The position numbers and the translations under genes are program-made. A DNA stretch of 57,667 nt, counting the filler, from Dimargaris cristalligena (Eukaryota), in the NCBI GenBank assembly GCA_003614675.1. It is 2 parts of 2 records of this genome, joined end to end, with 100 filler letters (N's around TTAATTAATTAA, not from the genome) between each part and the next. Parts side by side here need not be neighbours in the genome. Positions count along the whole stretch, not along the records: positions 1 to 28,796 come from ML002494.1; positions 28,897 to 57,667 come from ML002495.1. One strand, given 5' to 3'. Below, in pieces: positions 23,139 to 35,596 of the stretch; position 1 is the stretch's first letter, and every line of letters starts with the position of its first letter. The notes under the pieces are model-generated. The model saw only the letters and a program-made list of their open reading frames with translations, ran no database searches and was not told the origin of the DNA.

Positions 23139-25378
23139 GGTTAACGAGGGGATACAATAGATAAGAGGAGAGCCGTTTCCGGTTCGAGTATGCGAATGGA
23201 AAACCGGGCGTAGAACTAATGCAAACCTAACAACAGGTGAAAAAAAAAGAGAATGTTATTCAATATGCGATGGTGAAAACATGGACGGCGTAGCGCCAAG
23301 GCAATTATAGCTAAACGAAGGAGGACAATGCCAGGTCCATATATATATATATATATCTCTCTGGGAGCGGAGGGGCCTTGCTGTGGGAAGTGTGCCAACC
23401 CAACAGGCCTTATGCCTCCAGCAACCGTGTGTCCTAAATAAGGGCCAATGTCATTGGCCTAACCCAACCCTTGCCTTTCATATGTTACGGTCATCTTACG
23501 GGAAATGGATCAATACAGTGTATATTGGGACATTAATCTCAGCACCTTGCCCCAAGTCCGGCAATTAAAGCGAGACATATAAGGAAAGAGTAGTCACGGG
23601 CGTCAATTTAATTGGGCGAGCGCTGGATTCATGAGGACTCTGGCATGGTCACCTGAACTGCTGATTTAATGGTTTTCCTCCAATAGTACTAGCCAAACCA
23701 TAGATAGTTTTCTCAGCTCCATGAATCTCCTGTCCGTGACAACATGCTTACGAGACTGTTTTTCCTTCTCCTAATTGGGGTATTTTCGGCTGAGTTATTT
23801 GATGTCTGAGAGGCGACTGAGATGTACCAACGACCAACCTGTCCACCCGCCAATCATTGTCGGTACATGGTTTTATTTATCTGGTTAGATTCCACAAACC
23901 TTTGCTGGATGGGCTGTATTGCTAGAACCCGCTCCCTATACCACAGCGAAGCTTTTGATAGTGGCATGTCATTATGAGTTTTACATCATACCACTCCTTC
24001 AATTTTAAAGTGCGTAGGTCCGTAAGGTCAGGCTACGAAGTAGTGCTTCATGGAAAATAACAGAATAGTTGGCGTGTTTTAATCCTAATGGCTTAATTAT
24101 TCGCATACTTTATGTGAAAAACCATCCGGGGATAGAGAAAGGAAGGCATCAGTATTCAAAGAAAAAATTATCGAACTACTTTGGTTAATAGATACGGCTA
24201 GGTGACACGTTCTAGGAGATCATCCCACATCACACGTTAGCAACAATTTTACAATACTGCAGTAGGCCTGGAAAGGGCGCCCTATTCTACGTAATATTGA
24301 AAGGAAGGAATATATCGATGGACCCTTCAAACCATTCTCCATAAGGCGCAGTTCAGCTATGCAAGGAATGTATTTGAAGGTGGCGTGGACATTGGCTACC
24401 CAACAATAGGAAGCATCATGGACTATGGCGTACCTAAACAAAAAGTGCCGGTGACTTTATTTAAGGGGAATATAAAACTAGTATAATCTAGCCAGAATCT
24501 ATGTACCTCCGGCAATGATTGGTCAATAATATGTTCCAAGTAGCCAACTGTGCATGGGCGACGGGGGAGTCGTCAGGGAAAGGCGGGTACTTTAGACTGA
24601 AGGTCTATTTAACGGCGGCCCAAGTATAGCTCCACCTATTATTGTTCAGCTATGAGAAGAGCAGGTCAGCAATAATGGGCTTAGCATTAATATCACGCTC
24701 ATTTTTCGTCCGTTTGAGGGCAACTTCGCATGTGCACTATATCAATGTAATACAGTGCAACCCGGGTGGACATTTATACACTGCAACACGAGTATCATTG
24801 AGAACCAAGTGTGCCTTTACTGAATTATAGTTCTTAGACTACTATCCCTTCACACTATAAAGTAACGCCCAGGGACGGGGGCGGAAGTGGGTGCAGAGTG
24901 TTGCCTGGCAGTACTTTGTAATACCCCATCTTCACCTGACTAGCCCCCCTTTTCTTCATTAGCAAACACTTCTTCTAATCCAGCCACTTTTGAACTTTTT
25001 ACATTTTTTAAAAATCGGTATATAGCTGTTTATACGGAGCAAACCACCAGCGGCAAGTTTAGAGCTCTATTCATAAATTTGGGAAGTTTGTCGGTCAGCG
25101 TTTTATTTACATATAAGCTGACGCTTCATCTCCCTCGGGTTGAACCAATTCTTTTAAGTGCCTATCCCGAGACGTATATTTTCAAGGCGACCAGCCTGGT
25201 TTATTTAAGCTAACTCATAATGGTTAGTGCCATGGAACCGGGCTAAGTTAACCAGGGCCATGGTATTTTATATACCTATAGCCCCCCATTTAGTTCCGAC
25301 AGCACATCCCCAACTAATATCCTAGGACCCTACCCTCACGACTCATCATTATCTGAGATCTTCGACCGTATAAGCCAA

Positions 25379-26137
25379 ATGAATAGCAATGAACTACAAG
25401 GGTTTATCAACCGGCTCGAGCAGCCCATGGGCGACAGCGACACTAAAAAACTCCAGGAACTTGAAACAGTACTTTACGCGACCAACCTTTCCAGCCTGTT
25501 TGGTTCGGCTGGTACCCTCCCCCGTATGGAGAATATTGGGTCCGATTTGACTGCCCGTAGCGATGATGATGACACTTACACTGCAGACCAAAGTCCCTTT
25601 GATGATTTGCCTGATAGGATTTGGAATGCCACTGACCCAAGCCTTTCGACTTCTTATGGAAGCCCAAACTCTAGCCAAGTGAACAGGTTGGTGAAGATTG
25701 ATCCCAAAAAAGGTGCTGGAGGTAGGCCCCGGTTTGCGGAGCCCGCTCACAAAATAAAAAAGGTTCTGACCTTGCCCACTAAAAAAAAGCCCCACATTTG
25801 CAGTGTATGCGGGGCCTCATTGATGTATCCCAGTCACCCCATTCGGCATATGGAAACCCACCCCGAGGGGAAGCCATTTGCCTGTGATTATTGTGAAGAA
25901 ACATTCACATTACGGAAGAATCCCAAGCACCATTGGTTTTCGCACACCAAGGCGAAGCATTTTACCGGAAAAATTTGCAGAAGTTCATTTAGGCGCTCCA
26001 ACTATACCACTGCACATTTGACAACACACACCCGGGAGAAGCCTTACACCTGCAATCACTGTGGAATTTTGTTTTCGTTCCAAAATAATTTCATCCGCCA
26101 TTTAAGAGAATTTAAATGCAAAAAGCAATCCCGATAA
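25379..26137 (+). CDS. C2H2 zinc-finger protein with four tandem, partly degenerate fingers
   Basis: CSVC..H..H, CDYC..H..H, GKIC..H..H (first Cys lost) and CNHC..H...C, with Kruppel-like linkers EGKPF and TREKPY. Confidence 0.75.
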   Translation: MNSNELQGFINRLEQPMGDSDTKKLQELETVLYATNLSSLFGSAGTLPRMENIGSDLTARSDDDDTYTADQSPFDDLPDRIWNATDPSLSTSYGSPNSSQVNRLVKIDPKKGAGGRPRFAEPAHKIKKVLTLPTKKKPHICSVCGASLMYPSHPIRHMETHPEGKPFACDYCEETFTLRKNPKHHWFSHTKAKHFTGKICRSSFRRSNYTTAHLTTHTREKPYTCNHCGILFSFQNNFIRHLREFKCKKQSR

Positions 26138-28660
26138 TTGACTAAAGTGCCCATATATGCCTCGCCGACCCTGATGAGCATCTCATACTACCCAGTAAAC
26201 AGCAGCTTTATGTCGGTGGCTATCAAAATCGCGGTCTACAACCAGTAACAGTCCCACCATACACGGGAATGTCAGCTTTGTTAGTAAGTTGTGTGACCAT
26301 AGATAATTAAAAATAATGATATTGTGCGCCTAAACATGGGATATAAAATGAGACGGGTATTTAAAAGGGATGATGTAAATACCGGAGAAGCGGTCAGTTT
26401 CAAGAGGAACTGAAGAAGCACATTTATTTGGGCCTTGGATGGCTGGAAGGGTTGTCTGAAGGGGATATCGATAGCGCGAGGGGGAGAGGGAGACCGAATA
26501 GCCCAATAAGCTACTAATTCAAACCATCGGATACTGGCTGGAACACTTGGGATGTCGTCGTAAAAAATTTGGTTGCCGTTGCCCGAGGTTGCGCTAACAT
26601 TCCTAACCTCCCCTTGACTTATCAACACGACGATGATGTGTGACTTGTAATATTGGCGTGAAAGCTAACATCCCTTCCATACTATTTATCTAGACTCCTT
26701 ATTTTGGAGAGTCGGCTCTTTTTAGGACTGGGGGAGGGGCTGGTAATTGTAAAGGAAATCCCACTCTTCGAGCGCTCATCAGTGGGTCCCTCTTACGAAT
26801 GAAGATACTAGCCGGAATAAGCCTAGGTGGATGAGACTCAAATTGATGCTGATCGTGATTTTCCGGTCTACACCTATTATATCCGAATATCCCGAGTAGG
26901 GCAGGATGACCTGTGAAATACCTAACTATGTCGAGTTGGGCGGATATTAAAATGAAAGTGCAACTATAGGGATATACATAAATAATAATATTTATCCAAA
27001 GTCACTGAACCATAGTCGACAGTTTGGGGTGAGTGGACTCCACCTTTGCGCCCATAGTTTAGGGTGTTTGTATAGCTGAAATAGGCCCTCTGTCAGTCAA
27101 CGAGGCACTACCAAGAAAATTATTATTTATTTAATAATTATCATTTTTTGGGTGGGGGAATGGGGTTGATAGTAACACTCCTCAGCCGTAACGGCCCTCC
27201 TCAGACCATTGCCAGGATTGCCCCCTCCCACGCATTTGCGACATGCATTTCCTATATGGTAAGCTTATTGGTAATTATCGGTACATCATATGGCCCACGC
27301 GATATTGGGGAGAGGCAATATACCGCAAAAATATACATAGTACTATACTAATGACCCAACGAGCCGCTTAGCCTTCGGTAATCATCGCAAAACTGTTGAC
27401 CAATTGTTGGGTAGACACGCCATCACTCTCCTTCGGCCTTACAACTCGTGCCAGCCTAATGGCTTAGAAACGGGGTTATTTCGATTTTCTAAACACTAGA
27501 TCGACAAGGTCCATCAGCCATTCTGATTGACGTCCGAGATTTGGAAAATAGCACTATATTATATCCATTATTACATTAAACCGTAACGAGGTCGGCAAGT
27601 CATTTGAGGTACAGGCGCCCAAGTAACTGTGTTTAATACGGTGCTGCAATTTGGGAACTGCTATGGAGCAGCTATAGGGAGAAATACTGCGTAAGTTGTG
27701 TGAGCATGCTGAGTACTCATTTTGGAGCTCTCGAATGGTTCGTACCTCCTGTATTAGTGCCCCGGTTCATGCAGCATAGCGCAAGAGCCTGGATCTAAAG
27801 TTTAGTTCCCTACCGGCATTTATTCACTCAAATTAAATTGGCCACGGACTTAAAAATACCCGTTACCCTAATCAGTGAGGTAAATGGCCATCTTGAGAGT
27901 GTGAGAATGAGTTAGGCTTTAAAGTTGAAGACTGGGGAATCATGGATTGCTGAGTTTCATCGCCGTATCGGTAATCCTGCACAAATTGCCGCTCCGATCA
28001 CTGGTTAGCAGATGTTGCTTATACCTACAATTCTCTTACCACAGTAGCTGAGTTAATGGCTGCATAGGCGACTTCGTTGGCGAAAGCGGCGTGTGGCTAG
28101 CGCAGTGAGAGGATTCTTAAGATCCTCGAGTGCGCTTGCCAAACATGGGTGCATGATAGTCATACATTTGGATTCTTGCCATTGATTAACTAGGGGAATC
28201 GAGGTGTATCCAGATACCATTATCGAGATTTTCGCGCCCCTTAGCAAATTGCACTGACGCTCACCCGTTTTAAGGTGCAGAGGGGGTTCCCCATTTATGG
28301 AACTATAGATTACTATCGATAAAATGGATCAACCATAGTACCACAAAACTAAATTATGAGCAACTCCGCGGCTGAGAATCACGAATGATATGGGCAGTAT
28401 CGATCATAAATCAACATAATGATTTATAGGTTAGATTCCGGTGACTATCCGTTATTCTACTATAAATACGGCCAATGCTAGCCTTCCAGAGACCATCAGC
28501 AATACCGACTTACATTACAACCCACCTCTCTATTTGTCTCCACCTGGCAGCATCACTACTACAACACCCTCTTCCTTTATTGCCGGTATTAATTTTGTAT
28601 ACCGTTTCACTTACATCACGGTCCCCTTCTTTCGCACCGCAATCGCCAGTGTCTATAACT

Positions 28661-28796
28661 ATGCAGATTAAGGCTTTAATTACCCTATTTGCCATTGCCA
28701 TCAGTGGGACCCAAGCTGGGCCCGAGGCCGTCCTCCAACGCCCCATCGAAATTCTAGGGCCTGGCATCCATCAGGAGTCCGCCGTTCTTCAGCGGT
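28661..28796 (+). CDS. Secreted, possibly repeat-containing protein truncated by the gap
   Basis: Signal peptide MQIKALITLFAIAISGTQA, AVLQR repeated 18 aa apart, and TATAAATA near 28461. Confidence 0.55.
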
Positions 28797-28896
28797 NNNN
28801 NNNNNNNNNNNNNNNNNNNNNNNNNNNNNNNNNNNNNNNNTTAATTAATTAANNNNNNNNNNNNNNNNNNNNNNNNNNNNNNNNNNNNNNNNNNNN
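28797..28896. other. Artificial contig spacer: 44 N + TTAATTAATTAA + 44 N
   Basis: Exactly 100 bp and symmetric; the central 12-mer places stop codons in all six frames. Confidence 0.95.
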
Positions 28897-28949
28897 AGAG
28901 CGTGAGACTCTTAATCTCAAGGTTGCGGGTTCGACCCCCGCATTGGGCT
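28897..28949 (+). tRNA. tRNA-Lys(CTT), 5'-truncated by the gap
   Basis: Anticodon arm TGAGA-CTCTTAA-TCTCA with CTT at 28910-28912, T arm GCGGG-TTCGACC-CCCGC, acceptor 3' strand ATTGGGC, and T-runs downstream. Confidence 0.92.
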
Positions 28950-29319
28950 TTAATCTTTTGAATGATTATGCATCCATCCCTAATTGGTTCCTTAGTCGAA
29001 TTTTTAACCACCATTCTCATGCCATTGCAAATAACGAATCCATCGACGAGCCTGAACCCCCCCCCCCTCTTTCCTCCTATTATTATGTACTATTTTCATT
29101 GATAAAGGTATAATAGCTATTCCTAGTCCCTTAGACCTTAAATGTCCATAGAGGGCGCCCAAAGGGCTCCTTTACCCGTAACAATAGCAAGGACATTTCA
29201 TTATATACGTGCAGTAGTTATATTATGCATACCCATTTCCTATAAAATATGCCATCAACAAATAGCAACTAGCCCAGTTGACACTGTTTATCAAAGGGGA
29301 CGGAGTGTGACTATGGTTT

Positions 29320-31071
29320 TTAAGCGATCACGTCTAACACAAGCCACTCTGGGTCGGTCTGTTCAACTGGTGGTAAATTCACGGTCGGAGTTACATCTGG
29401 GTAGGTCGAGGCGGGGTCGGTGATTTCCGGTACGAGTACGCTATTTTCACCCAAAATACACGCAGTGGCGGTAGTAGCTGTGGTGGTGTTGGCTATGCCG
29501 ATGGCTGGCGAGTTCACTGAGCTACCCGTAGCTGAATCCTCAATAGGAGGGGTCTGGCCCGGGGCAGCTGGGGTGGTGGAAGCACCGCTGGCCTCTAATT
29601 CGGCCGCACCCCGGAACCGGTGACCAGGTAGCTGGTGAATTCGTTCCCGACGCACGTAAAAGGTCCGCTGGGCAGGCCACGAACCGAGCTGACACCGGTC
29701 CACTTGGTCGACCTTTAACAGGAGGAGTACAAAATTCTGGAGAGCGTGCTGGGTCCGACGGTACTCCACGGAGGCGGTGTCCAGGCCCGGAGTGATAGTC
29801 AAAGTCGAAGCCAAATCCGTGGCTGGATCGTTAGTAGTAGGGGCGGGTTGGGTGGGAATATCGCCCAGCCGAGTACACTGTTGTACTTGAAGATGGGCAT
29901 TGGGCCGCTCCTGTTTAGGAATTAGGTCAACGCACTGGCCGGCGTAGTCCCAGGTGAAAGAGGCGCGTAGTTCAGCGGGCATGTGAAAGTAGTGGTTCAG
30001 GCGAAGAAGTTCCCAATTGAGGGGGGCTGCTGTGGGTGATGCAGTGGCCATGGTAGGCGAAGACCCATCGGACCCCGTTATTGGGTGGCAGAATTGACGG
30101 AGGAAGTCATCGACGGCCCGGTATTTCTGCTCCGCGGCCACATTCTGGCCGTAGTAAGTGGGGGACGTGATGAGGTACATCTGCCCCTTGAGACGGTATT
30201 GCTCATTGGTATGCGGCATAAACCTAATATTAGAAAATGAAGGACATGGGCAGAATGAAAAAATTAGGTATGATACGACTGTGCGCATCCCTAAGAAACT
30301 GCAGGAATGTTAAGTGGCCTGGTCGGCCAATTGATGAACGATATGTTCATTCCAAGTGGCACATTTTTAAACCACCGTATCAGCAGTGCACCAGGGCTAT
30401 GCCTCACTTACCCACCCATATGACCTTGGCCCATTGTCGATGTAACTTACCAGCAGAGTTCCGATGTGGGCGACTTTTGAATCTCGGAGATTTTTTCGCT
30501 CTTTAAATGGGCAGTGAATACTAAGAGCTCGGATTGGTATTGGCCAAGTGCGGACAGACTCGGGCGCTGACTGTTTTTCTCGGTGAGATTGGTGATAACC
30601 TGGGCATCGATGAAACTGGCGAGGGCCGGGTGCTGAGGCTTCTCACCGGCGAATCCGCGGAATACTACCGTTCGGTTGGCGGGTTGACCACTGGTGTCTA
30701 AGGTCGATAGCTGGGTATAATGAACCTGTGCTGATATAATAGATAGCGAAAAATGGAAGTAAACGGCGAGTATAGTGCAAGGTGGTTAGAGGATAAGAAC
30801 ACCAGGGCGGGGAGTTGAAAGGATATTTTTTTTGGAAATGTCTGTTAGTGATGGAGGCCAAATGTGGGGCGTCGCTGTTCAGAAGAGAGGGAAGTCACAA
30901 CTATCCGCAACCCAGCCGCCTCCTAATGATTTGTCCGTTGGTAAGCTAAGGGAGAAGCCGGTAGACCGTTCGCAGTTAAAACTCACCGGGTTGGGCGGCT
31001 AGTTCGATATTCTTGGTTAGACTGGCCTGGAGTAGGGTTTTCCAGGCGGGTAAGGTATTTGTACGAGGCAT
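29320..31071 (-). CDS. Pyridoxamine 5'-phosphate oxidase-like FMN-binding protein (Alr4036/YGR017W-like); exons 31071-30987, 30730-30451, 30223-29320
   Basis: Spliced sequence reads PAWKTLLQASL...QLSTLDTSGQPANRTVVFRGF...LLVFTAHLKSEKISEI...ELCW|FMPHTNEQYRLKG...NFVLLLLKVDQVDRCQL. Exon phases are consistent. Confidence 0.82.
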
Positions 31072-32263
31072 GTTGCGGGAGGGAATGCCGTAAAAGCGTG
31101 CAGTGGAACGAAGTGGTAGGTAAATTAGCAGAGTAACAAGGGTGTGAGGGCGAAAGAGAGGGGAGAGGGGTCTTAGTTGGAGAGTCTTATAGGTAGGCGA
31201 GTAGGAGGTATGCGGGTTGGAGGAAAGTGTGCTGACCTCATTCACGTGTGCTGCTGGAACGTCACTCAGCTCAGCTGGGAAAGGGGGGAGGCGTGGGCAA
31301 TTCTCCTAAAGTAAATTTACCGTTACCGCAGGGATTGGGTGGGGGACTCCCCCACTCTCCGCTGACAAAGAAGGGGTGTCTGTACTCCCCCCGTGCGCCT
31401 CCGCGACGGCGGATTCCGGGATATGTGGGTAATTAAATATAGTGGCCGTATTAGGCTGGAGCGTGCGGTAGTCGTAACGATCAAACATTGGCCAGTTTTT
31501 GGTCTTCTTGTCAATAAGGATATTTGGGGCGAATTGGGCCGGCTATTCTTAAGTGGACGCGGGCTATTCGGGCCCAGGCCATTATCCTAAATTAGATACC
31601 GAGTCCGTTAATTGAACAGGCACCGCCTCACCTGCACTAGATGACTGCGAAAATAAGTGGGTTATAGATACAGGCAAGTTAAATGGGCAGCCGTTGTGCT
31701 AAACATGGCTGACCAACGCTACCGCATGAAACTAATCTAGCATACCGATGCTCGGCGGCTACAATATAACTTCACAGTGTAAACCGGGATGTCTAAATCA
31801 ACCCAATAAGCTGGTTGGGTACAATAATTGCGAAGGAGAGAACCGGGGGGGACAGCCGCTCGGTTCCACGGCCGGGTCGGATGTTCAATTGGGATCTATT
31901 AATAGTATCTAGCGAGTCTGACGGAGTCGCAAAAGTAAACCTCTTCATCATCTATAATATAAGTGTATGCAGGAAGGGAAAGATTTACCGTACCGCATCA
32001 AAAAATTAAGCATACTAAAGTGAGAGGGGGAATGGCAAAACACGTAGCCCAACACGGGGTGTCACCCTTTATCTTAGATTCAACAACCCGCTCTCCTATA
32101 TTTCTTACCAATCGGTTCCTAGTGTGACTCCATTTGTACGGCATTCTTATTTGGTTCGCACATTTCCTGCCCATTGAGCGCATGCGCTAACCAAATTTTC
32201 TGGTCTCACTTCTACCATCGTCTACCCACACCCATTGTCAACTGCATCCCCAACATTGACACC

Positions 32264-33841
32264 ATGGCCGACCATTACGAGATGCTGGGTATTTCTCTGA
32301 CCAGCACGGCCAAGGAAATCACCAAAGCCTACCGCGTGCGGGCCCTCCGGCTCCATCCGGACAAGAACCCCAACGATCCCACCGCCGCCCAGCGATTCCA
32401 CGAATTAACCATAGCCTACGAAACACTCACCGATGCGACTAAGAAACAGGACTACGACGACACCATTCGGGCCAAACAGGCCCGCCAGCAAAAACACGCG
32501 GATATGGACCTGAAGCGGCGGGCCATGAAGGAGGAGCTGGAGCGGGCCGAGCGTCAGGCCCGGGAACGGTATCAGCAGCCCCCCGGTGCCCCAACCTCCC
32601 AATATCCGCCAACCCCAGAAACGGCGTCGGCCCGGCGAGCGGAAGGAAAGGGCGGTGCGGGATTTCGGACCACTCCGAAGCGGGATAAGGCACCCAAACC
32701 ACCATCGTCAGGGACTCGACTTGCGGCCGATGATGAAGAGCGTATTCTAAGGCAGTACTCCCTATCAGACGGTATTAAGGAAATTGACCGGTCTATTGTA
32801 GCTCGTTGGAAACGGGGCCTGTTGACTTCAGATACATCGACTATTGGGGAGCCCGAACTCCAGGCCGTATTCAGGACCTTTGGGCCCATCGACCACATTA
32901 TCATGTCGGACCCGAACCCAAAGAAATCGCCATCGGCGCTTATTGTGTACCGATCTATTATATCTGCGGTAAGTCGTTCCCCTAGCCGTGAAAGACCTCA
33001 CGCCAATCACGTACTTTAAGTTGGCCAAAAATAGACCGTATAGCCTAAACAATGTCTCAGCCAGCTTTGAACCGTTTACCGTCTACTATGCTTGACTACA
33101 ACGAGATCTAACCAGTAACTATGCACTTGGCCTTACTATACTACTCCCCACCCACAGTACTCGGCCATGACCAGCCCAACCCATTCGGCGCTCCAACCAT
33201 TCAAAATTCGCTGGGCTACGGGAACTCAGCCAGCAGTCATTGATAAAATTATCGAGCTAACCGACCAGAATGATCGCCCGGTTCCGATGGCGTCGGAACA
33301 CCCGCCCGGCCAAGACGCCCCTTCGTCGCCCCCACAACCTCCATCCCCGTCAAACTCACCACCACCAGCACCCACGGAACCAACTTGTATTCCGCCCCAG
33401 CCTACTACAACTATACCATTACCAACCGTCCCACCATCGTTTTCTTCATTCCCTAGCATTGGCCGATTACCTCGGTCAACTCCGTCCGCCTCGACGACTT
33501 CGACAACTGCTCCGACTCGGCCACCTTTAAGTGGACCCGCTAATATCTCCCTCGACGATTACGAAACCCTTACTTTCATGAATCTCAAGAAAATGGAGCG
33601 ACGCAAATTGGCGGACCATATCCGGCGCCATGAGGAAGCAGCCGTTGACGACTCAACCTTCGGAGCAACTCCTAGTAGTACAGAAAACCGGGAAAATACG
33701 CCATCAGTGAAGGAGCCAGGATTCGATGACTCCCCACATAAAAGATCCCGGGTATTTTCGGCGTCCAGTTTTCCTTCCGGACCAATAGACGCTTTGGGCG
33801 GAGATCGAAAAAATGGCAAACGCACCCGAGTTGATGAATAA
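32264..33841 (+). CDS. CWC23: J-domain splicing factor Cwc23/DNAJC17; exons 32264-32968, 33158-33841
   Basis: N-terminal J domain (KAYRVRALRLHPDKNP), coiled coil, degenerate RRM (LQAVFRTFGPIDHI...ALIVYRSIISA) and DYETLTFMNLKKMERRKL motif. Phase-0 intron gtaagt...cacag. Confidence 0.82.
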
Positions 33842-34058
33842 TAATGTGTAGCTAGATTAACTAAATAAACCTCCACTTTTTTGAATATGCGACATAGCAA
33901 TTAAGGGAGGATATCTTATACTTGCTGGATAATATTGCGGTGGGTTGACCAGGAAGTACTGAAAATGTTCACGAAGCATCCTCGTAAGTGGATGTAATCC
34001 CAAGACCATGCACTATATTTGATCTAAGCTGAACAGACGATTACCTTCATGACCATAT

Positions 34059-34194
34059 GGGTGAAATTCAAGCCAGCTATATAAAGGTTTACATAATTTG
34101 TGTATGGGATAGTATATGGGAGTAACCATTTTAACCAGTAATGTTGGGCCCATCTAATGGATTTTTCGTTATACAGCTTGGATGAACTTCTCCC
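34059..34194 (-). mobile_element. 136-bp MITE-like element, copy 4 (inverted orientation)
   Basis: Reverse complement is colinear with copy 1 and shares its left TIR exactly; ATAT at 34055-34058 and 34195-34198. Confidence 0.85.
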
Positions 34195-35596
34195 ATATAG
34201 TTGGTCAAGTATCTTCATATGACAATAAACCTAGGGATATTTCCGTTATTAACAGATCATCTGATAGTCAAGGACTTAAAGGACTGGAATATTATATCGA
34301 CCATTAGACATAGTCCTAACCAACTTGTTTGATGCGCACTAGCTACCCCCACTTGAAGAAATCATGAGAATACCATTATTTTCAGCTTATAGCAACTATT
34401 CACACCACTGAGAGTAAAATTAAGATTATTTTATTAAATATATAGTTCGTCTAATCGAACAATGCGCAATCTGTTATAATCAAGAACATTGTACAATAAC
34501 AGCAATTGAGGGTTAATATCCAAATTATAACACAATGGCATTAAACAATTCCCAATAAAATATATCAGATAAAAAAATGCTCGTCATAGGAAATGCGGTA
34601 CACTTAAATTGCACTCCTAGCGACCGCCCGTCGAGGCAGTGTATCATCATCTACAGTCAAATATACTAAGAAAGTGAAACCTGAGCCTTACCTATTGGAT
34701 CGATTTGTTAACGGCGGGCTGGTGGGTGATAAAGTGATAACAAATGGGCTATAATCTAATCGGGGGGTTCACGTCGGCACAAATAAATCAAAGAGGTTGG
34801 TCGTTTAGTATCAAAGTATTGGAGGGACATGAAAACACAGGCCAATTCAGGACAAGACAAAATATTCACGAACGAAAGATTGGAGGGGTGGATCAGATGC
34901 ATACTCTCCACACGATTTTTAGGAGTTGGATTGTTCAAGTAATAGTATGTTTATCTTTAATCATCAGCTCAGGCCCCTCACAATCAACGGAAATAGGGTA
35001 TTCCAACACAGCCGAATGAATAAGGATAATGGGACTTACATGCTACAATAATAGAAATACAGGTGAAGTAAAAAGCGGAAGCAAGAGATAGGTTTACCTA
35101 AGAAGGCCGCATGTAAAGGGATTTTATACCAATGCCACCACTACCAGTATAGCCAAACTGTGCTACTCTTTATTTTACTCCTTGCAAATTTTTTTCACAG
35201 GATTACTGATAAATAAGAAGCCCCATCAATAGTAAAAAAGCCTATGGAAGCGGGGGTATCACGTGACTATTCGGGGCTGATTTTCGGCTGGGTCTTCGAA
35301 TGGAAGGCTCGCTTAAGGAGAGAGTCTGGGAACAATAAAGAAGTGTGAGTGTAATTGGGAAAATAAACCAAATTGGCAAACTGGCGGTGAACACTGGACT
35401 ATATCTGTGACAAGAGCAGAGAAGCACATAAGGAAGGCCTAAAAATAGAAGCAACCTGGCCATATGGGAAGGAAGGGGCCGTGTGGAAACTCTATTGTAT
35501 CGACCTCTACCTCTCCTCTTATTCAACTTCACCGCATTTCCCTTTACCCTCTCCCCTACCTAACATAGCATAGCCAACCGCCCGCCATCAGTCCCC

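Noticed and set aside
27360..27460. Ty3/gypsy RT-like fragment on the minus strand (VVRPKESDG...FCDDYRRLS)
   Set aside because: Short, requires a frameshift, and no other RT motifs or LTRs are nearby; could be chance.
28841..28852. TTAATTAATTAA as a biological motif or piggyBac target
   Set aside because: It is centred in N runs and is an assembly linker.
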